From contig CM022671.1 of assembly GCA_012295275.1 (NCBI GenBank), positions 14,446,001 to 14,510,000 of the forward strand: DNA of 64,000 nucleotides, given 5' to 3'. Source of the DNA: Chrysomallon squamiferum (lineage: Eukaryota > Animalia > Mollusca). The position numbers were made by a program, and so were the translations under genes. The notes beneath the pieces are model-generated. The model saw nothing but the letters and a program-made list of their open reading frames with translations. It had not been told where the DNA came from and ran no database searches. This document shows, piece after piece, positions 55,997 to 64,000 of this stretch (the first letter of the stretch is position 1; each line of letters begins with the position of its first letter).

Positions 55997-56179
55997 ACAT
56001 GACTGCTAGAGTTTGTAAACATTCACTCTAAATCAAACAGTAAATTCTTCTACTGAAAGAATCCTAGACTTCGATTAGATAACAGTTGTCATTCAAAATT
56101 AAGTGTGTTCCATTACAGATGTCTGGGTAAATAAAACTATTCATTTCATTCATTTATGAATTCATTCTTTATTTATTTT

Positions 56180-56215
<36 letters not shown>

Positions 56216-57602
56216 TTTGTTTATTTGCTTCCAGAATATCCTTTTAAAAAATATTTTCTTGTTACTGTCTTCTCCGATACCGAAAATAAAAAGTCTATAA
56301 TTCATTAATTGTGGTTTTTACTTCCAGACTTCAATATTAACAAACGTTACTGGTATATTCAGAACACTCTAAGTTAGTCTGAAGTGTGACTGGTCAGTGG
56401 GTCAAACCTGCTGTATGTAAAACATAAACAGTGTGTGGCAGAGCAGATTTCCTTTCTGATGTTAGCGAAATGTTAAACTGTATTTAACACGTAACGTCGC
56501 TCACCTCCACAGTAGTCGTTTAAACATTCATTTGCTTTCTGACAGGTGTGATAAAGCGTATAGGTAATAGTAAACGTAGGTAGCTGTTAAGTTCTTTTTC
56601 TTTCCAAGAATAATGAGTTAAGGTATTGCCTGCCAGGTAGTAATAAATCTCGAGTTTAGTTGGCGGCCTGTGTTCACTGCAAACAACCTGTACGAATCAA
56701 TACAGACAACAGCAGCGAAACAGTCTGTCAGGCTGTCAGTTTGTGAGTTGGGATACCTCGCTGGTAACACGCACGAAAATGCAGAATATCCAGAAATGAA
56801 TGAACGTGTTTAGATAATCAAGGTATGATTATTTTCAAAATTTTTTTTTTCAGCGAGTTCAGTGTTATTTATTTCGAATTTCTCTCTTTTTTTTATTTTT
56901 TTTTTTTTTTTTTATATTTAATTAATATTTGAAGTAGCAGAATACTTGTAACTCTCAGTTCGTTCTGATTTCTCTTTCGCCATTTTCGCTATCTCGCCAG
57001 CTTTCTAATTAAGAATTTGTAGGCTTTGTGGTCGCATTTCGAGATGAATTGGACTGGCCTCGACTTAACTTGACTAAAAATACAAAACCAAATACGTGAC
57101 AAGTAGATTTGTTTTTCTTCGGAATAACAATTACTTTCTTACTTCTCTTTAGAAAATAATAACAATTTGTTTAGCCATTAATTCAGTCAGGTGCCTCACT
57201 TAAACATTCACGTTATAATGTTTATAATTATTATCTTCTCATATTTTTGAAAATTCTTTGCACGTTGGATAATAGTGTTTTAGGTCAATCGGCTTATGGT
57301 CAAACTATGAGATCAGCAAGGAACAACATTCTTTGAGATCAGTTCATATTAATCCTTTTATTACAGAGTAATCAATATTTATATCGTTATATGATGCTGA
57401 TACGACTAAATATTCACTAAATCACGTAAAACTGCAGGCTATGATATCAACTTTGTTTATTTCAATAACATTTTGTTATTCTCCAGTTATTCTTATGGTT
57501 GTTGTGATTATTCAAAGGAGAAAGTTCGTTTAACCAAATATTACCAGTAACAATTTATAAATTTATATCTATCTATTTCTGTATATCTATATATATGTTT
57601 AC

Positions 57603-57676
<74 letters not shown>

Positions 57677-58413
57677 TTATCTATCTATCTATTTATATGT
57701 GTGTATACACACACATACATATTTTATATTTAGAGAGAGAGAGAGAGAGATGGTTTATTTTTTTATTTTTTTTTGCAAAAAGAAAGTATTTAAAACTAAA
57801 AGTCAAGTTCATGATCAAAATATTATTTGAAAGATTAATTAAAGTAAGTAAGTTAGTTGTTAACGGTTTGTCAGAACACAAAATAAATAAACAAGTGAAG
57901 TAAACAATCACCAATCGCATTAACATTTTATTTCACCGCCCCAGCTCCCTCACCTGAATCAACCTTTAATTACAACTCAGTTTAATCTCTTGTTTACACG
58001 GTTACCAGCCTCTGTCTCTGTCGACACTTCTGTCCTTTGTTTGCTCAACATTTTGACGTCAGACCGTTTCACTAATTAATTATTAATTTTCCCAGACCTG
58101 TAGGAGCGAGAAACAAGAACAGAACCGATAAGTATGTCTGTTTTGCTCCAAACAGGTTACATAATTCACGTGGATATTATTAATCACATGGCTGCCTGAG
58201 ATCTGCTTAATTCTGGAATGTCAAGCAGCAGCAGACTGGACTTGGTGTAGGATTTACCACTGACCCGTGTTCCTTTCTCACAGATACAACACAAACTGAG
58301 CAAATGTGGCCTCACCTTGCAGGTAACGCTAACATTCAGTTACAGTATTAAGTAGATGTTGATAAACCATTTATTTATTGATTGATTCATTTATTTATTG
58401 AGAGTAATATGTC

Positions 58414-58474
<61 letters not shown>

Positions 58475-58479
58475 TCTTG

Positions 58480-58536
<57 letters not shown>

Positions 58537-58677
58537 CGAGAGAGAGAGAGAGAGAAATGAGAGAGATCTTGCTAATTTAATTAATTTCGTAAATTCTTGA
58601 TTATCGATTGTTCTGTATCCATAAAACTAGGCATTAAGATCTATACTAACAGTAAAGAAGCAAAACACACACATACT

Positions 58678-58740
<63 letters not shown>

Positions 58741-58944
58741 CTGATACACCCTCACATGCATGTGCATTCTTTTATTTGTATACAGTTATACAAAGTTATT
58801 AGTAAGCCTGATAATTTTAATTTTTTTTTTTTTAATTACATGCACGAATCCATCTTTAATCATTTACTTTATATTCGACATTCTCATTTTCTCTCTTTTT
58901 TTTTTTTTTTTTTTTCAGCAACAACATAAAAGCGAAGATGACAG

Positions 58945-59778
58945 GTGAAACGCGGCTTGGCTGCAGGCGGGTGTCACTCTGGCTTTAGTCTGTATGAAAT
59001 ACTTAGAGGCGTTCAGCGCGTGAGGAAGGGAAAGATGACTCAGATAGATGTATCCCTTTCAGATGAAGTTCAGCTTGCATGGAAGTCATCTGTCAGTAAC
59101 ACAAACGGGTTTGTGTCAGGTGAGAGTCCCACAAGTGAAGGAGGATGTGCCAAACCTGACGGTTGCACTAGTAAAGGAAGATGTTCCAAGTCGTCACTGA
59201 ACAAAGAATCCGGCACCATAGACGTTCTGCGGGTCCTCCAGAACTCCGCAGTGGCGTCCGATCTTCTGGAGACGTTGAAAAAAGAAAACGAAAAACCGCG
59301 GACGTCAGACGAAGGCGCGAGAAATTCAGAAACCGATGATTTGACTGATGTTGTGGATGAGACTCAGACGCGTGCCGGGAAGTCAGCTGATTACGAGAAA
59401 AGCTTTCGTCTAATCCGTTCGTACGGCAACATCAAGGCTCAGCGGTCTTTGAGGATGTTGTCAGAGAAATGGCAGCCGTGTATCTGTGCCTCGCACTCTG
59501 ACGATGGCAGGACGTCGCTCTGCGGCTGGCGGAGGGCCGCCCACAACGTGGCGCAGGAAGCCACGAAGAGCGTCAGGAAAGCGAAGTCGTACATGAACGT
59601 CTACCACAGGCTCGTGCACGAGAACAGACAGAAGGGTCCGTCTTTCCAGCACTATGCCGAGCCCAGCAGATACATGGACGAATATCGACAGCGGTTCACT
59701 GTCGGCAACGTCTGCAACTACAACACCGCCGAACCTCCGAAATTCGGTCTAAACCTGATCGATCCGTACGCTGTGAAG
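58945..59778 (+). CDS. Uncharacterised protein, large coding exon
   Basis: About 278 open codons with coding-like GC content, ending at a probable donor (gtgaag|gttaaa). Candidate flanking exons are 58284-58322 and one starting at 60178. Gene ends unresolved. Confidence 0.6.
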
Positions 59779-60994
59779 GTTAAAAATATATGGTTAGTAA
59801 ACAAATTTAATATATTTTTTTTTTTTTTTATCAAATTGCTGGTTTGGTTATTTTTTGAATTTTCTAATTTGCTTGAAATTTTCTAAAATACATTGCCTGT
59901 TTTCTCAGTGGTTTTACCCTCATCACATTTAATACATTAATAGAGAGGAGTTAACTGTTAGTCGAACATTCATTTACAAAAACTGTTGTGTGTGTGTATG
60001 TGTGTGTGTGTGAGTGAACAAATATATATGAGAAATAAAACGATAAAATTAAAAAAATCTACTGCTTGAAACACTTACTATTGTTTTGTAGTTATATTTT
60101 AACAACTGTTACAAACAAATCACTCTCTCACATTTTAACTTGTCACAGTTTGAAAGTTAACTTTATTATTCTCACAGGTTAAAACAAAAACGGTAAGTTC
60201 GTCATCAGCCTTCCTCGCCTGAAAATAATATCAGTTTAGGACGCTCCTTTTTATTTTCTTACCTCTGATGTTCTACAGAAAATATAATTTATTTATTTAT
60301 TTATTTATTTATTTATTTTACTTTTAACAATTACTTATTTGAGGTCTCTATATATATAGATAATTAGATATGAACTATTCATGATAGTTAGTTCTCTCAT
60401 ACTTTGGAATTTCCTGGTAGTATTATATTCTTTCTCACATAGTCTGTTTTAAACAATTTTATTATATTAACAGTCGTAGTATTATTCTGAAATAGCTATT
60501 GGCTTATACAGGGAAATGATAATGAACTTTTTTGATTCTGAAATCACGATTAAAATATATACTCACAACAAATACACGCGCACACGCACAGACGACAGTC
60601 GCTCGTACAAACATGCAGATATACGTAGATGTATACACACACGCACACGTATAATGATACGTACCTATAAAAATTCAGACATACATAAACATACACTTAC
60701 ACACACAGAACGCACACGCGTACTCTGTAGATTACAATTAGCCTAACTGTTTATACTGTACGTACCTATTCAGTTGCTTATTGGAGTAGGATTCTGACTG
60801 AACTAAGTTTCATATCTGTGTAAACATGAATTTAACACTGGTGTTTTGGTTAATCTTTAACAAAATGTATTATATCAAAATAACATTACTATCTAATATT
60901 ATAATGTTTGGAACTGTTATCATTTGTATTTATACTAGTGTAAGAAGATTTTTTCTTTCTTTCTTTCTTTTTTTTTTTTATTTATTTATTTATT

Positions 60995-61048
<54 letters not shown>

Positions 61049-61857
61049 TATTTATTTATTTTTTTATTTTATTATTATTTTATTATTTTATTTTTTATTA
61101 TTATTTTTATTTATTTATTTATTTATTTTTATTTATTTTATTATTATTATTTATGCTTATTTATTTATTTAATTATAAAAATTTTGTTTTTAACGTTTCA
61201 TATAAATTTAACTGAATCATGCATCAATTTAGACTTGATATTATATATACTATAGATAAACTTCAGGAAAATTAACTCTCTTCTAGATAATTCAGAATTC
61301 TCTCACTGCATGTTTTTGTTATTTTACATATTAGACATTTTCGATTATTTTAGAAAGGATTAAGTTATATTCAGTTTGGAATGGTTATCCTCCCATTTGT
61401 TACACATTACAATAACAACGAGCACCGTCAGTCATCACTACGTTTATGTTTGGTTTTGTCAAGGATGATCGATGCTTACTACGCTAAACTCGTTTAAAGT
61501 CTGTTTTGACTGATCTAATTAAAATATGAACTGACAGTGAAAGAAGAAAATGATTCATCTGTAGCCAATGGGAGACAAATTATTAAACGGAGAGAAAAAA
61601 AAAAAAAAAAAAAAAAAATAAAAAAAAAATAATAATAATAAAAAAGACAGTAAATAAATAAATGTAAAACTTATAAATTTAAAAATAAAATAAATTAATA
61701 AATAAAAATGAAAAAATAAAATATAAATTAATAAATTAATAAATAATAATAAAAAAACGACAGACGGTGTAAAACGGGGGGATGTGTATGAAATGGGAGA
61801 CAAGACTGACGTCACTTCTACACACCTTTTACGTCACAATCTCACTGTTTGTTTCAG

Positions 61858-63328
61858 TTCTGTCGCTGACACGTTTGATTTGACAGCACTTGTTCCATAC
61901 GACAAAGACAGAAGGTATGATGCTTTTTGCTTTGTTACATTCTGCACAGACGTTTCTTTAACCTTTTCACAAAATTTTCATATAATACGTTTGTTACTTT
62001 CTTTTTTCTTTTTACACACATTTAAAGTAATCTTATAAAACTAGACAGCATAATCGATGATCGATCAGTGTGAAGAGTCGAAGTATTATCATTAAAACGA
62101 ATAGTTTGTGTTTGTTCGAGAATATATATATATATATTCTGTAACAGACACAAATTATTACTACATATGCATATTCCCAAACGCACACATATACACATAT
62201 CCATACATACATATATGTGGAGGTGCTTAATGTGACCAAAAATAATATAGAAAAGAAGATCTAGGTGAACATGAAACTAGCATTTCATTAAAAGGAAGGC
62301 AACTGTGTATAATAATAATAATAATAATCTTGTTCAAATGCGCTTAACAACATCGAATTCAAAATCTAAAAGTTAAAACACAGAGGAATAAAAAATGCAA
62401 GTTTTGAGCCTTAAAACCACTGTTTGCGATTTTTTAACTGATGACGGTAAAAATCTGTTCAGGTGTCTATAACTGAAGATGAAATGAACTTCATGTTTTT
62501 TGTACTAATTTTTGTTTTTTCTTCATTTTCAGCTGCCTTGAACTCAGAGATCTTGCTCCTCGGTCTGCAAAATCGTCAGCTTCCGCAAAGAAATACCGAA
62601 CTGTGGATGGAGACGACAGGAGGTCAGAACGAGGCTCGGCCGGGCCAAGGTCCTGCAGAACAACAATTCCTAACCTGGCGCCTGTCAGAAAATGTAAGTC
62701 TCCCAAAGAAACAATGTCACCACGGTCACAAGACCAGTCGCTGCCAGTGGACCGATATCTCGATCTTCAGCAAGCGCTGCCAAAAATCAGAAATAAAACC
62801 AGAATAAGCCCTGATCCGATTTCGGGATCAAAGTTTGAAAAGCGATTAACGGCAGAATCGACTACACAAGTGCAACGGCGTACAGAACATCCGTCGAAAA
62901 TAAGCGACCATGAAACGTCCTTGCAGCAGAGCAACACAGAAATCGCAGTGGCAATATCACGCATCAAGGCGATGAAAAAAGAAATAAAAACAGTGAAAAT
63001 GTCCGACTTCTTCACAACCACGGTGAACGACGAAAGCGTTCATCCACAGGTGAGGAGGCGGATCTCAGACGAGAGCGAACATCTCAGAACAGACGGCGAT
63101 AGAACTTCACTTCGCGCCACCAAGACTTCAAAGCAAAAACACTGCACGAAGAAAGCGAAGTGCGAGAAACGACCATGCGCGCGGTTAATATCCGTGACGC
63201 TGGGGGACATAGGACTCACGTGCGAGTCGGACGTGGAAAATGTGAAACGAGAAGAATCTACGTGTTACAGACTGAAAAAATCCAGAAGCAAAAAGCAAAC
63301 AGATGTACTTTCACCAGCAGCAAGATAG
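61858..63328 (+). CDS. Uncharacterised Arg/Lys/Ser-rich protein, last two exons
   Basis: Exon ending 61914 (PYDKDR AG|GTATGA, phase 2; starts at acceptor 61858 or ATG ~61793) joins in frame to exon 62533-63328 (SCLELRDLAPRSAK...VDGDDRRS...). Confidence 0.6.
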
Positions 63329-63571
63329 TTTAAAATCACACCAGCTGTTATATTTTTTTACGCAATATGAAAATGTGAATTTTAAACTCACGTGGATATA
63401 AAACTTCTTTGTGTGAACAGTTCATATTGATATTTAAAAACTTTAAAAAAACAAAAAAAGGAACGTATTTATATATCTTGCTTTTATTTTATACCTAAAT
63501 TAATAATTTTGTATTTTTTTTGGCTTCCTTAGCCTCTGATTGCATTCAAAATATTTGAAAGAATATAATGC

Positions 63572-63603
<32 letters not shown>

Positions 63604-64000
63604 TTTTCTTGACTTGCATTTTTTAATTTAATTTTTTTTTTTTTTTTTCTTCATCAATCTTTTATTTCCAGTGGCTAAATCATCAACAAAAGCTCATTAA
63701 AAATCTATTCTTTGTCTTTCTTTGCTCATAACCTTTCTTTCTGGAATCTGTCTAGAAAGTATTTTGACTTGACGTTTGTACAGCCGCTTTTGTGCTTTGC
63801 TCTCACATCTCCATGTAAAAGGCTCATAAAAAGGGAGGTAACAAAATTATTATTATTATTTATTTATTTACAACAAAATGAATTCTGCAAGAAGTGAATC
63901 CAGTTATCAAAATTAGAATCTTAAAACTTGCAAAAATTTTAAATAACGTTTTCAACTGAAATATTGTTTTCATGGATAACATTTAAACATATCTTTTGTA

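Noticed and set aside
55254-55997. 247-aa Cys/His-rich ORF (LVCLILHYCSS)n, or a CRISPR-like array
   Set aside because: Translation of a stop-free 33-bp minisatellite with no ATG start; no unique spacers, no cas genes, eukaryotic context.

Overview
AT-rich, intron-containing animal genomic DNA with abundant microsatellites; probably a lophotrochozoan such as a mollusc (taxon is inference). In order: the 3' part of ERCC6L/PICH (+, 7 exons in window); a complete 12-exon GLE1 (+); a ~22 kb block bounded by ~1.05 kb direct repeats (16294-17338 and 39444-40490); YDJC (-) and BCAS2/SPF27 (+) head-to-head; then a CpG-richer region with four unrecognised basic, low-complexity ORFs and a 33-bp minisatellite. 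The 22 kb block holds a ~1.46 kb-unit tandem array, an RNase H-bearing LINE fragment, a decayed DDE transposase and an 11-exon ERCC6L paralog that the ORF track largely misses. The paralog is the main finding. It keeps an open, phase-consistent frame across 10 exons, but its Walker A, Walker B and motif III are all replaced and the second RecA lobe, PICH-family region and C-terminal TPR are absent, so it is a candidate pseudo-ATPase PICH derivative. All homology calls come from manual translation and recalled family motifs; no searches were run.
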